From: Parcubacteria group bacterium | Lineage (GTDB): Bacteria; Patescibacteriota; Patescibacteriia; Buchananbacterales; UBA6539 | Assembly (NCBI GenBank): GCA_002687175.1 | Contig: NYZP01000034.1 | Location: forward strand, 27,951-91,950 | DNA: 64,000 bases | Reading direction: 5' to 3' | Part shown: in pieces, positions 20,766-30,883 of the stretch | Numbering within the stretch: the stretch's first letter is position 1 | How the letters are laid out: each line of letters opens with the position of its first letter | The notes under the pieces: generated by a model | What the model was told of the DNA's origin: nothing | The model's database searches: none | What the model saw: only the letters and a program-made list of their open reading frames with translations | Translations under genes and position numbers: made by a program

Positions 20766-22643
20766 ATGAGAACAAAAAGAAATGGTATTCTACCATTCTT
20801 GACTCCTCGGCTCGGAAATAAAAAGTCTAAGACTTTTTATTTCTCTCGCTCTACGTCGTCAATCAAGAATTTTTGTTTAAGCTTAGCGGCCGTGGCAATG
20901 TTGCTGCAGCCGGTTTTAGCTGCCGCCGGAGTTTCTGAAGGCGTTAGCTATTTGGAGGCACAAACTCAAGATCCATGGATTACCATGGCTTTAGTTGCTG
21001 CCGGTGAGTCTGGTATTTCTACCAGTCACTTAACTTCAGTTTCCGGAACTACGGCGACTGACTATGCTAAAACTATTTTAGCTTTAGCCGCAGTTAACGA
21101 AAATCCCGCAACTTTTGGGGTGATTGATTTTGTGGCCGAACTAAAAAGCTATCACCAAGGCGGTCAAATGGGTGATGACAGTTTGATTAACGACGATGCT
21201 TGGTCAATTTTGGCCTTATCATCAGTCGGTGAATCTGGTACGGACGAAATGGAAGATGCCAAAGATTTTATTTTAGACAATCAAAATCCTGATGGTGGTT
21301 GGAGTTGGGGCGTTGGTGGTGCTAGTGATACCAATGACACCTCAGCCATGATCATGGCGTTAATTGAGTCTGGCGTTAGTGCAGGGGACTCAGTTATTAC
21401 TTCAGCTTTAAATTATTTAGAAGAAACCCAAAACGACGATGGTGGTTTTGGTTTTGACGGAGACTCTGATTCTGATTCTGGTTCAGACTCTTGGGTAATT
21501 GCCGCTTTAATTAAAGCCGGCATTAATCCAAACAGTTGGCAAGAGGAAGGTAACAGTCCAATTGACCATCTAGAAACTTTGCAGGATGATGATGGTGGTT
21601 TTTGGTGGGTGCCAGAAGGTGAATCAGAATTTAACAATAAAGCGATGACTGCTTTTGCGGTAGTTGCTTTAAGTGGCTCATCTTATCCGGTTGGTTACTT
21701 TGCCGGTGGTGACGCAGGTCCGCTAGCTGGAACTTTTAGCCTAAGAATTGAAGGGGCTAGTCGCACCATCTGTGACAGTTTTGTTGAAGCGGAAAACGGT
21801 TTAGATATTGTAGAAAACGGTTCAGAAATTTGTGATTACACTTATACTATTGAAGATACCGCTTTTGGTCCTTACTTGTCAGAAGTGGCTGGTGAAGCGG
21901 CTGAAGGTCTTGAAGGTTGGCTTTATCTGGTTGATTATGTTTCACCGCCAATTGGTGCCGCTGATTATGTTTTAGTAGAAGGCGAAGAAGTACTTTGGTA
22001 CTATGGTGAGTGGGGAATTAGTCCACTGCGATTAATTGTTTCCGATGATGAAGTAGATTCTGGAGACAGCACCACAATTACCGTTGAATATTATGAAGAT
22101 GGTTCTTGGCTACCGTTGGCCGGTGCTACTATTAAAGGTGCTGACCAAGACTACACTGCTAACGGTTCAGGACAATTAGCTCTAGGTTTAGATGATGGTT
22201 TTTACAACCTTTACGCCGAAGAAGATGGTTATGTCAGAAGTGCTAAAGTCGGAGTTACCTTTGGCGAGGGAGTTTCCGGAAATATTGGTTTAACCGTTGA
22301 AATTGATCAAGGCGGTGGCGGTGGTGGCGGTGATGGTATTGGTTTAGACATCGATACCAGTAGTATTGACTTTGGTATTTTAAGTCCTGGTGAAATTGCT
22401 GAAAGTATTGTTGGTATCATCGGTAATGTTGGTACTATTGATATCACAGTCAGCGCCTCGGTTTCTGGTGACACACTGTTTACTTCAAATTTAACAATTA
22501 ACGCCGTTGCTCCTAGTCAGTATTCACAAGACTTTAATGCCGGTGAAGGTGGTTCCGCTACTGTCGCCTTAAGTGTGCCAGAAAATTATCTTGGTTCAGG
22601 TGTTAAAAACGGTGAGCTGATTTTTTGGGCCACGCCTCAATAA
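20766..22643 (+). CDS. Secreted protein: prenyltransferase/squalene-cyclase alpha/alpha-barrel repeats, DUF4430 (transcobalamin-C-like) domain and Ig-like domains
   Basis: QNPDGGW, QNDDGGF and QDDDGGF repeats; FGPYLSEVAG...GWLYLVD...IGAADYVL..GEEVLWYY. Confidence 0.8.
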   Translation: MRTKRNGILPFLTPRLGNKKSKTFYFSRSTSSIKNFCLSLAAVAMLLQPVLAAAGVSEGVSYLEAQTQDPWITMALVAAGESGISTSHLTSVSGTTATDYAKTILALAAVNENPATFGVIDFVAELKSYHQGGQMGDDSLINDDAWSILALSSVGESGTDEMEDAKDFILDNQNPDGGWSWGVGGASDTNDTSAMIMALIESGVSAGDSVITSALNYLEETQNDDGGFGFDGDSDSDSGSDSWVIAALIKAGINPNSWQEEGNSPIDHLETLQDDDGGFWWVPEGESEFNNKAMTAFAVVALSGSSYPVGYFAGGDAGPLAGTFSLRIEGASRTICDSFVEAENGLDIVENGSEICDYTYTIEDTAFGPYLSEVAGEAAEGLEGWLYLVDYVSPPIGAADYVLVEGEEVLWYYGEWGISPLRLIVSDDEVDSGDSTTITVEYYEDGSWLPLAGATIKGADQDYTANGSGQLALGLDDGFYNLYAEEDGYVRSAKVGVTFGEGVSGNIGLTVEIDQGGGGGGGDGIGLDIDTSSIDFGILSPGEIAESIVGIIGNVGTIDITVSASVSGDTLFTSNLTINAVAPSQYSQDFNAGEGGSATVALSVPENYLGSGVKNGELIFWATPQ

Positions 22644-22661
22644 AGAAATAAAGAATAAACT

Positions 22662-23177
22662 ATGTTAAAGCGAAGCTGGTTGATCCTGATAATCTTATTT
22701 TTTGGAAGTTTAGTTTTTAGTCAATCAGCTTCTGCCGTAGGTGTTGGTGTAAAACCAAAAGAAGTTCAACTGGACGTTAGAGTAGGGCAAGAAACCACGA
22801 CCGAAATTTTAGTGATTAACATTGCTAAAGAACCGGCTCTTTACCAAGTGACGGCCGATGCCTTGGAAGATGAAATCAGCATCAGCCCTCAAGATTTTAA
22901 GATGGAAGCCGACACCAATAGACTTGTAACTATTATTGTTAAGCTTAAAACGCCGGGACTGTTCAACACTAATTTGTCAGTGGTGGCGCGTCCATTAGGC
23001 GCCGGTGGCTTAACCGCCGCTTCGGGCGTAAAAGTTCCAATAACCATTACTGCTTCGGGATTTCCTTTATGGTGGTGGGGAGCAGGCCTCTTCGTTCTAG
23101 TTTGCTTAAGTTGGTTATTTAGAGTAAAATTAAAAAAGAAACTTAGAAAAGCTAAAATCAGTAACCCAGAACTATGA
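22662..23177 (+). CDS. Secreted Ig-like protein with C-terminal membrane anchor
   Basis: Signal peptide, beta-rich core, C-terminal TM and basic tail. Confidence 0.65.
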   Translation: MLKRSWLILIILFFGSLVFSQSASAVGVGVKPKEVQLDVRVGQETTTEILVINIAKEPALYQVTADALEDEISISPQDFKMEADTNRLVTIIVKLKTPGLFNTNLSVVARPLGAGGLTAASGVKVPITITASGFPLWWWGAGLFVLVCLSWLFRVKLKKKLRKAKISNPEL

Positions 23178-23629
23178 AGTTAATTGCCAAAATAATTATA
23201 ATCGTTACCATATTTGCTGCTGGTTTTTATATTGGTCAACAAGCCTTGGCACCAGCAAATGGCTCTAAAGTAGTAGGTGAAGAAAATAGTGAACAAATAA
23301 CAGTCAGTTTAATGTTTGACTTTGGTGATGGTGAAGTACGAACTTTTAATGATGTGGTTTTATCAAAGAATGCGACGATGCTTGAACTTTTAGAAAAAGT
23401 AACTACTGACAATGATTTAGAATTTAGGATCACAGATTATGGTGGTGGTTTAGGAGCGTTAATTGAGTCAATTAATAATTATTCATCTGATGCTCGGAAT
23501 AATCGCTATTGGCATTTCTGGGTGAATAATGTTTACTCCGACATTGGAGCCAGTAATTACATTTTAGAAAATAGTGATGTGGTTGAATGGAAATATACTT
23601 TAAATCAATTTAATTTAATAGTTAATTAA
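23174..23629 (+). CDS. DUF4430 (transcobalamin C-terminal-like) domain protein
   Basis: YGGGLGALIESIN...RYWHFWVNN.YSDIGASNYILENSDVVEWKY. Confidence 0.8.
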   Translation: MKLIAKIIIIVTIFAAGFYIGQQALAPANGSKVVGEENSEQITVSLMFDFGDGEVRTFNDVVLSKNATMLELLEKVTTDNDLEFRITDYGGGLGALIESINNYSSDARNNRYWHFWVNNVYSDIGASNYILENSDVVEWKYTLNQFNLIVN

Positions 23630-23635
23630 AAAGTT

Positions 23636-24175
23636 ATGGATAAAAGAACAAAATTGATCATCTCTTTCATCTTAATTGTTCTAGCAGTGGCAACCAGAAC
23701 ATTGCCACATCTTTGGAACTTTGCACCAATTGCGGCCATTGCCCTTTTTGCCGGTGTCTATATGGGCCGTAGTTATGCCTTAATTTTACCACCAGTTGCT
23801 ATGCTGGCTGGTGATATGTTTATTGGTTTTTACTCTTTACCTCTAATGGCCGTAGTTTATGGCAGTTTTATGTTGATTGGCTTGATTGGTGTTTGGATTA
23901 AAAAACACAAGAGTTTAGAAACAGTTATTGCTGCCAGCATTTCCGCTTCAGTGGTATTTTTTCTGGCCACTAATTTAACCTATTGGCAGTTCTCACCTTT
24001 ATATTCTCATGACCTAGCAGGTTTATTGACTGCATTTTCTAGTGCCTTACCATTTTTCCGTAATACTTTATTAGGTGATCTATTCTATACTGGAGTATTA
24101 TTTGGTGCTTACGAAGCAGTTATAATGTGGTCAAAACAGAAGAAATTAGCATTTCAGACTGCAAAAAATATCTAA
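23636..24175 (+). CDS. DUF6580-like membrane protein, candidate cobalamin S-component
   Basis: RTLPHLWNFAPIAAIALFAG, FFLATN and ALPFFRNTLLGDLFY motifs; about six TM segments. Confidence 0.75.
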   Translation: MDKRTKLIISFILIVLAVATRTLPHLWNFAPIAAIALFAGVYMGRSYALILPPVAMLAGDMFIGFYSLPLMAVVYGSFMLIGLIGVWIKKHKSLETVIAASISASVVFFLATNLTYWQFSPLYSHDLAGLLTAFSSALPFFRNTLLGDLFYTGVLFGAYEAVIMWSKQKKLAFQTAKNI

Positions 24176-24190
24176 AATAATCTAAAAATA

Positions 24191-24231
24191 TTATAAAAAA
24201 CTGTGGATAAGTATCCACAGTTTTTTTATAA
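24191..24231. terminator. Hairpin/terminator built from two inverted DnaA-box-like 9-mers
   Basis: aaaaaactgtggataagtatccacagttttttt. Confidence 0.6.
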
Positions 24232-24395
24232 TAAAATTTCTGTTTGTGGTATAATATATGAAGTTAGCTTAGAAGCGTTACAGTTGAATTTAATTTTATA
24301 AAAACTATATGACTTAAGATATTTCTATATAAAATACATTCGCCAAAACAAAAATAAAAATTTTAATCAATTTAATTTAATAAGTAAAAATATTT

Positions 24396-25094
24396 ATGAT
24401 TAAAATTAAAAGTCAGTTATCAAAAATGAGTCAATTTTTTCAAAGCGCGGCCGTAGTTGTAATAGCCTCGCTTTTTGTTATGTCGGTTGTTTATGCCGCT
24501 TCAACTATTGGTACAAACATAACGACCGAAGGTACGGTCGAGGTTTCCGGAGCTCATGCTTCAACCACTGGTTTCATGGTGATCGGTACTGCCTTAGACG
24601 CTACTCTGTCTCCATCAGCTGGTGATTTGTTTGTTTCAAATAACGCTACGGTGACTACATCACTACATGTGGGTAGCAACGCCACTATAACTAACACTTT
24701 AGAAATTAATGGTGCCTATGCTTCGACCACTGGTTATTTAGCAGTTGGTACAGACTTTTCGGCCCTGATGAGTGGTGGTGATATATTTAACTCAGGCAAT
24801 GCTACGTCCAGTGGGAATCTAAGTGTTGGTGGCTTTGCTTCAACAACCGGTTACTTAAAAGTTGGTGGTGGAGTTATTGATATGTCAACCGGAACCCCAA
24901 CTACTACCCCGGGAATATTTTCTCGTGATCGAACGAATTCAACATCAACTGTCAGTGTTGGTGATATTGATGATGGGAGCGCTGCAACTGTAAGCAATGG
25001 TTGTTTAGAAATGGCAGTTGAAGGAGTTTATTATAACTGTATGGTTGACGCCGGTGTTGGTGATCTAAATTGCGTCATTGGTAGATGTAATTAA
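24396..25094 (+). CDS. Secreted protein with ASTTG/NAT beta-repeats
   Basis: Signal-like segment; repeated ASTTG(Y/F) and NAT motifs. Confidence 0.7.
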   Translation: MIKIKSQLSKMSQFFQSAAVVVIASLFVMSVVYAASTIGTNITTEGTVEVSGAHASTTGFMVIGTALDATLSPSAGDLFVSNNATVTTSLHVGSNATITNTLEINGAYASTTGYLAVGTDFSALMSGGDIFNSGNATSSGNLSVGGFASTTGYLKVGGGVIDMSTGTPTTTPGIFSRDRTNSTSTVSVGDIDDGSAATVSNGCLEMAVEGVYYNCMVDAGVGDLNCVIGRCN

Positions 25095-25132
25095 AACAGA
25101 GAAAATTAATTAACCTTAAATCTTATAATATT

Positions 25133-26734
25133 ATGAGAAAGATTTTCTTGACAATATCAGGGGTTACCATATTTTCTCTGGCCTTAGGTTTGCCTTTGGC
25201 AGCCTTGGCAGCAGTTATAACTTTTGATGGTACTACAACTTTAGCTATGCCTAATGGTAGAAACGTGGATGTACTAACAGGCTCAACTGTTGAGGCCTTC
25301 ACAGTTAATGACGACTCAACTCTTTCACTTGATTTAGCTAGCGATTCCAACGTTAGTTTAGAGGCGACTGATAGCTGGATAATGTCAGTTTCTCCAGAAA
25401 TTGCCCAAAACAGTTGTTCCGGCACAACCGCTTCAATGAACATAACTTCGGCTACGACCCAAACAGTGACTGTTACAATCAGTGGTGACCTTTGTGGTGC
25501 TGCTGGTGGTGGTCCTGGAGGAGGCGGTGGCGGTGGCGGTGGCGGCGGTGTCCCAGCTGTACCACCAACTGAGACCTCGGCGGTGATTAATGGTGGTAAT
25601 GATCAAACGGACAGTGTTAATGTTACTTTAACTTTAGCGGCAACTTCGGCAACTCTTATGTTAGTTTCTAATACCTCCGATTTTTCTGATTCTGACTCCA
25701 CTTGGGAAGATTATGCTACCTCTAAATCATGGACTCTAACTTCTGATTTAGGAACCAAAACAGTCTATGTTAAATATCGCAGTTCCAGTGGCGGTGAATC
25801 AGCAGCTGTTACAGATACTATTGAATTAGTAGCTGCTACTGAACCGGAAAGTTCCGATGTCAGTGGTTCTGCTGGCGGTAGTGTGAGTTTAAGTGATGAT
25901 AGTGCAGCTGTTTCAGTACCAGCTGGCGCTATTACTGGAAGTGGTACAGTTAGTATTACCCCAACCACAAGTTATACTTCTCCTGGCGGCAGTGATAAAA
26001 TTGTTGGTGGTAAAGTTTATGATTTACTCTTAACCGTTGACGGTTCAACAGTGGCTACTTTTGATGAATTTGTTACTTTAACTTTTAGTTACAATGACGG
26101 CGATGTTAGTGGTATTGATGAGTCAACTTTATCGATTAAATATTGGAGTGAGGCAACGGCCGAGTGGCTTGATTTAGGTGGTACTGTTGACTCAGATAAT
26201 AATACAGTTACCGTTGAAACCGCTCACTTTACTCAGTTTGCTATTGTTGGACAACAGTTATCTGGTGGTGGTGAACTTGTAAAATTGGAGTGTGCCGCAG
26301 ATGCTGGTGTTAATGATCCCTGCAAAGCAGTCTATTATTTAGGTGACGATGGTAAGCGGTATGTTTTCCCTAATGAAAAAACTTACAACACCTGGTACAG
26401 TGATTTCTCGTCAGTAACAACTATCAGTGCCGACGATTTAGCTACTTATATGATTGGTGGCAATGTAACATATCGACCAGGAGTTAAATTGGTTAAGATT
26501 CAGACTAATTCAAAGGTTTACGCTATTAGCGGTGGCGGTGTCTTACGTTGGGTATCCACCGGAGAGGCTGCCGAAGGATTATACGGAAGTAGCTGGGCCA
26601 GTATGGTTGAAGATATTCCTGATGCTTTTTTCATTAATTACACTGAGGGGGCTGATATTGCGGAGACTGCTGATTATGATAAAGCGGCCATTTTGAATGT
26701 AGCTGTGGACATTAATACTGATAAAGGCTTGTAA
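25133..26734 (+). CDS. Secreted surface protein: Gly linker, Ig/ZU5-like domains, CPR-type C-terminal domain
   Basis: Signal peptide; poly-Gly tract; TAHFTQFAIVG; AVYYLGDDGKRYVFPNEKTYNTWY. Confidence 0.75.
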   Translation: MRKIFLTISGVTIFSLALGLPLAALAAVITFDGTTTLAMPNGRNVDVLTGSTVEAFTVNDDSTLSLDLASDSNVSLEATDSWIMSVSPEIAQNSCSGTTASMNITSATTQTVTVTISGDLCGAAGGGPGGGGGGGGGGGVPAVPPTETSAVINGGNDQTDSVNVTLTLAATSATLMLVSNTSDFSDSDSTWEDYATSKSWTLTSDLGTKTVYVKYRSSSGGESAAVTDTIELVAATEPESSDVSGSAGGSVSLSDDSAAVSVPAGAITGSGTVSITPTTSYTSPGGSDKIVGGKVYDLLLTVDGSTVATFDEFVTLTFSYNDGDVSGIDESTLSIKYWSEATAEWLDLGGTVDSDNNTVTVETAHFTQFAIVGQQLSGGGELVKLECAADAGVNDPCKAVYYLGDDGKRYVFPNEKTYNTWYSDFSSVTTISADDLATYMIGGNVTYRPGVKLVKIQTNSKVYAISGGGVLRWVSTGEAAEGLYGSSWASMVEDIPDAFFINYTEGADIAETADYDKAAILNVAVDINTDKGL

Positions 26735-26747
26735 AAATAAATTATTT

Positions 26748-26785
26748 AAAAAGAAGGTGCCATAATTTGGCACCTTCTTTTTTTT
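26748..26785 (+). terminator. Intrinsic terminator
   Basis: aaaagaaggtgcca/tggcaccttcttttttt. Confidence 0.75.
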
Positions 26786-26810
26786 AGTAAAATATTGTAT
26801 AATAATTTAT

Positions 26811-27158
26811 ATGGTTCCTAAAAGTTTAAACAAAAATAAATCAACAAATAGATCATCTCAGTCGCCTCAGTCGACTAACCAACAAATTTTGGAGCTCAGG
26901 AAATTGGTAGAAGAAAATTTAGAAGTTTCAAAAAAGTTGTTAGAGACTAATGATAAACTTAGGCACTGGATTATTTTTCAACGTATTTGGACAGTGTTAA
27001 AATTATTAATAATTATCGTACCGTTAATTTTAGGAGCAATTTATCTACCGCCTTTACTAAGCCAGGCGATAGAACCTTATAAAGAACTCTTAAATCTGGG
27101 TCAAGGGGCTGATAGTTTAAATTTTATTGATCAGCTAAATGAAAAAATTAATCAGTAG
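26811..27158 (+). CDS. Hypothetical membrane protein
   Basis: Coiled-coil followed by a TM segment; TATAAT 8 nt before ATG. Confidence 0.7.
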   Translation: MVPKSLNKNKSTNRSSQSPQSTNQQILELRKLVEENLEVSKKLLETNDKLRHWIIFQRIWTVLKLLIIIVPLILGAIYLPPLLSQAIEPYKELLNLGQGADSLNFIDQLNEKINQ

Positions 27159-27486
27159 TCAGTCAACTACAAGTTTGAGTGATTTTACTAAATTTGAACA
27201 ACAGGTCCTAAAATCAGTTAATCAGATACCAATTGGAAAAGTGACGACATATGTCTATTTAGCTCAAGCAATTAATAATTCAAAGGCTTCCAGAGCAGTG
27301 GGTAATGCCTTGCATAAAAATCCTTGGGCACCAAAAGTTCCTTGTCACCGAGTAGTCAGGAGTGATGGTTTAATCGGTGGTTATGGTGGAGGAGTAAAAA
27401 AGAAATTATTACTTTTGCAAAGTGAAGGGATAGAGGTTGAAAAAAATAGAATCAAAAATTTTAAACAATTGTTATACAAGTTTTAA
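27139..27486 (+). CDS. ogt: O6-methylguanine-DNA methyltransferase family (C-terminal domain only)
   Basis: SRAVGNAL..NP...VPCHRVV active-site motif. Confidence 0.85.
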   Translation: MKKLISSQSTTSLSDFTKFEQQVLKSVNQIPIGKVTTYVYLAQAINNSKASRAVGNALHKNPWAPKVPCHRVVRSDGLIGGYGGGVKKKLLLLQSEGIEVEKNRIKNFKQLLYKF

Positions 27487-27489
27487 TTT

Positions 27490-27888
27490 ATGTCAAAAAG
27501 AACAGTAAAAATTTTTTCGATATTTGTTGCGGTAGCTATTGTTGGCAGTTTGTTTATATATTTTTTTCGTGGCTACGGTGATAGGTTGGTTAGCAGTTTT
27601 ATTTCGGAAATAACAATCTGTGGCAATATTGTCGATGAAGAAAGTTGCCAAGAAAAAAACTTTTGTGAAGGAATCTACGGTCCTAGTTGTCCCGGCTGTG
27701 AAGACTTGGAATTTAAACGTTGTCAAAGAGTACCATTAAATGCTTTAGTCCAAATGGAAGAGGAAAAAGTTTTATGTCAGGACACGGGAGGTGAGTGGTA
27801 TACCAACAAGTTAGGAAATTTTTGTTTATGTCAACAAGCTGGGTTAAATAAAATTTTTGATAAGGAATTAGGTTGTATTAATAAATAA
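27490..27888 (+). CDS. Hypothetical membrane-anchored Cys-rich protein
   Basis: N-terminal TM; multiple Cys. Confidence 0.65.
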   Translation: MSKRTVKIFSIFVAVAIVGSLFIYFFRGYGDRLVSSFISEITICGNIVDEESCQEKNFCEGIYGPSCPGCEDLEFKRCQRVPLNALVQMEEEKVLCQDTGGEWYTNKLGNFCLCQQAGLNKIFDKELGCINK

Positions 27889-27901
27889 ATTTGGATCAAC
27901 A

Positions 27902-29003
27902 ATGAAAAATATCAGCGAAAAATTTAATGAGCTGAAAAGTAAAATTTCAGCCACACGGAGGTTACTTTGACCTTAATGGTTTAAAAAAACAGATAAAAAA
28001 GTTTGAAGATGAGATGAGTAAGAAAAATTTTTGGCAGGATCAAGAAAGAGCAAAAAGCGTAAGTCAGCAAGCTGAAAATTTAAAATTAGTGATTGAACCA
28101 TGGGAAAAATTGACTCAAGAAGTTACTGAAAATTTGGAATTTTCCCAAGAAGCTTTGGCCGAAGAAGACACTTCTTTAATTAAAGAATTAACCAAGGATT
28201 ATAATCGTTTAATCAAAAAATTTGAGAAACTGGAGTTTCTCGTTTTGTTTTCCGAAAAGTATGATGTCAACGACGTCATCTTGTCTATTCATGCTGGTAC
28301 CGGAGGAGTGGAGGCTCAAGATTGGACCGAAATGCTTTTACGAATGTACCTAAGATATTGTGAGCGAAAAAAATTAACCACAAAAATAATTGATGAGAGT
28401 CGTGGACAAGAAGCGGGGATTAAAAGTGTTACTTTAGAAATTTCTGGTGCTTATGCTTATGGAAATTTAAAATCCGAAGCCGGAGTACATCGTTTAGTGA
28501 GAATTTCACCATTTGATGCCGAGAAGATGCGCCACACCTCTTTTGCTTTAGTAGAGGTTTTGCCAGTCCTGTCCGATTTAGATCAAGTGGACATTAAGGA
28601 AAGTGAGCTAAAAATTGATACTATGAAGTCGTCCGGTCCTGGTGGTCAAGGTGTTAATACTACTGATTCAGCTGTGCGCATTACCCATTTACCATCTGGG
28701 ATTGTGGTAAAGTGCCAAAATGAGCGATCTCAATTACAGAACAAAAAAACGGCTTTGAAGCTGTTGCAGGCTAAATTAGCTAAATTGCAAGAGCAAGCCC
28801 AAGGCAAAGAATTGGCTAAAATTAGAGGAGAAATACTGGCAGCTCAGTGGGGAAACCAAATAAGGTCTTATGTTTTACAGCCCTACAAGATGGTTAAGGA
28901 TCATCGGACTAATTTTGAGACTAAAGATCCTAGCAGAGTTTTAGACGGGGAACTTGACGATTTTAGTGAAAGTTATCTAAAATACATTAACAGCGCTAAA
29001 TAG
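27902..29003 (+). CDS. prfB: Peptide chain release factor 2 with programmed +1 frameshift
   Basis: ATG 27902 ... GGAGG-tta-CTT-TGA-C at 27957-27971; the +1 frame joins ORF 28014..29003 with SPF and GGQ motifs. Confidence 0.95.
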
Positions 29004-29029
29004 TAAAATATGGTAGAAATCTAATAATT

Positions 29030-29965
29030 ATGAAAATTTTAGTTACCGGTGGTGCCGGGTTTATCGGTTCACATTTATGTAAGTTTTTGATAGATCAGGG
29101 AAACCAAGTTGTTTGTTTAGACAATTTTTTCAGTGGTCAAAAAAGAAATATTGAGCCTTTTTTGAATAACTCTAATTTTGAATTAATGGAGCATGATATT
29201 ACTGTTCCCTTTGATGTTGAAGTTGAGCAAATTTACAATTTAGCTTGCCCGGCCTCACCTCTTTATTATCAAAAAAATCCAGTAGAAACTGTGCGGACTT
29301 CAGTCTTGGGAGCGATTAATGTTTTAGACCTTGCCAAAAAATTGGGCGGGATAAAAGTTTTACAAGCTTCTACTTCAGAAGTTTATGGTGATCCGGAAAT
29401 TCATCCCCAAACCGAGGAGTATAATGGCAACGTTAACCCGATTGGTCCACGAGCATGTTATGATGAGGGTAAGCGTTGTGCGGAAACTTTATTTTTTAAT
29501 TATAATCGTGAGCACAACATTCCCATTAAGGTCGTCAGAATTTTTAATACTTATGGTCCGAACATGGCCCTTGATGATGGGCGAGTAGTTTCTAATTTTA
29601 TCACCCAGGCCCTGCGGGGAAATAAATTAACTGTCCATGGTGATGGTAGTCATACTAGATCGTTTTGTTATGTATCTGATATGGTTGAGGGAATATATAA
29701 GATGATGTTATCAACTGATTTTACGGGGCCGGTTAATTTAGGTAATCCTGACGAATTTACCATAAAAGAGTTGGCCGAAAAAATTACGGCAAAACTTGAT
29801 GGCAGTATTTCTTATGACGCGGTGCCAGCTGAAGACAGAGAAGGGGATCCTGAAAGACGTAAACCAGATATTAGTTTGGCTAAGAATAAACTTGATTGGA
29901 AGCCAAATATTAAACTAGACGACGGTCTAGATAAAACTATTAATTATTTTAAAGAAGTAATATGA
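29030..29965 (+). CDS. UDP-glucuronate decarboxylase-like SDR
   Basis: [25 protein letters not shown] and CYDEGKR motifs. Confidence 0.9.
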   Translation: MKILVTGGAGFIGSHLCKFLIDQGNQVVCLDNFFSGQKRNIEPFLNNSNFELMEHDITVPFDVEVEQIYNLACPASPLYYQKNPVETVRTSVLGAINVLDLAKKLGGIKVLQASTSEVYGDPEIHPQTEEYNGNVNPIGPRACYDEGKRCAETLFFNYNREHNIPIKVVRIFNTYGPNMALDDGRVVSNFITQALRGNKLTVHGDGSHTRSFCYVSDMVEGIYKMMLSTDFTGPVNLGNPDEFTIKELAEKITAKLDGSISYDAVPAEDREGDPERRKPDISLAKNKLDWKPNIKLDDGLDKTINYFKEVI

Positions 29966-30876
29966 AATCATTAGTCACTGGAGGTGCTGGGTTTATTGGT
30001 AGTAATTGCGTTGATGCTTTAATTGATAAGGGTCACGAAGTTATTATCATTGATAATCTTTCAACTGGGAAAAAAGAAAACATAAATTCTAAAGCTAAAT
30101 TTATTGAAGCTGATATAACTAATCTTGAAGAAATTAAACCTCACTTTGAAGGAGTTGATTATGTTTTTCATTTTGCCGCTTTACCGCGTGTTCAAGTTTC
30201 AATTGAAGATCCAATCAGTACCCATAATATTAATATTAACGGAACTTTAAATGTTTTGTTGGCTGCCAGAGATGCCAAGGTAAAACGTTTAGTTTATTCC
30301 GCCTCATCATCGGCTTATGGTGACAATGATCAAATGCCATTGCAAGAAGATTTTTTGCCAGCTCCAATGAGCCCTTACGGTTTGCATAAGTACGTTGGTG
30401 AACATTATGCTCGGTTATTCTCTTTGCTTTATGGTTTGGAAACTGTCAGCCTACGTTACTTTAATGCTTATGGTCCGCGGATGGCTTTTGAAGGATCATA
30501 TTTTACGGTGGTCGCTACTTTTTTATTGCAGAAAAAGCAAGGGAAAATATTAACTATCGTTGGTGACGGTAACCAGACTCGTGATTTTACTTATGTTGGA
30601 GATATAGTAAATGCTAATATTGCAGCCGCCACTAGTACTAAGGTTGGTAAAGGAGAAGTGATAAATATTGGTGCCGGGAAAAATTATTCAGTTAATGAAA
30701 TTGCTAAAAGAATCGGTGGGGAAACTACTAATATTGATCCACGTATTGAACCAAAGGACACTCTAGCCGATAACACTAAAGCCAAGGAATTACTTGATTG
30801 GCAGCCAGAGGTTGATTTAGATGAAGGGTTAAAAAATAGCATTGATTGGTTTGATTCAGTTGATTATATAAATTAA
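29962..30876 (+). CDS. NAD-dependent sugar epimerase/dehydratase
   Basis: [23 protein letters not shown] and TRDFTYV motifs. Confidence 0.9.
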   Translation: MKSLVTGGAGFIGSNCVDALIDKGHEVIIIDNLSTGKKENINSKAKFIEADITNLEEIKPHFEGVDYVFHFAALPRVQVSIEDPISTHNININGTLNVLLAARDAKVKRLVYSASSSAYGDNDQMPLQEDFLPAPMSPYGLHKYVGEHYARLFSLLYGLETVSLRYFNAYGPRMAFEGSYFTVVATFLLQKKQGKILTIVGDGNQTRDFTYVGDIVNANIAAATSTKVGKGEVINIGAGKNYSVNEIAKRIGGETTNIDPRIEPKDTLADNTKAKELLDWQPEVDLDEGLKNSIDWFDSVDYIN

Positions 30877-30883
30877 ATAAATT

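Noticed and set aside
20766-22643. Squalene-hopene cyclase or prenyltransferase enzyme
   Set aside because: It has an export signal and a DUF4430 domain, lacks a DxDD motif in cyclase context, and is under B12-riboswitch control; a binding role fits better
24202-24395. Replication origin
   Set aside because: Only two boxes, no dnaA/dnaN nearby, and no change in gene orientation
27965-27971. TGA recoding (code 25) or a prfB pseudogene
   Set aside because: Canonical RF2 frameshift site; TGA terminates other genes such as rpsJ and rplP
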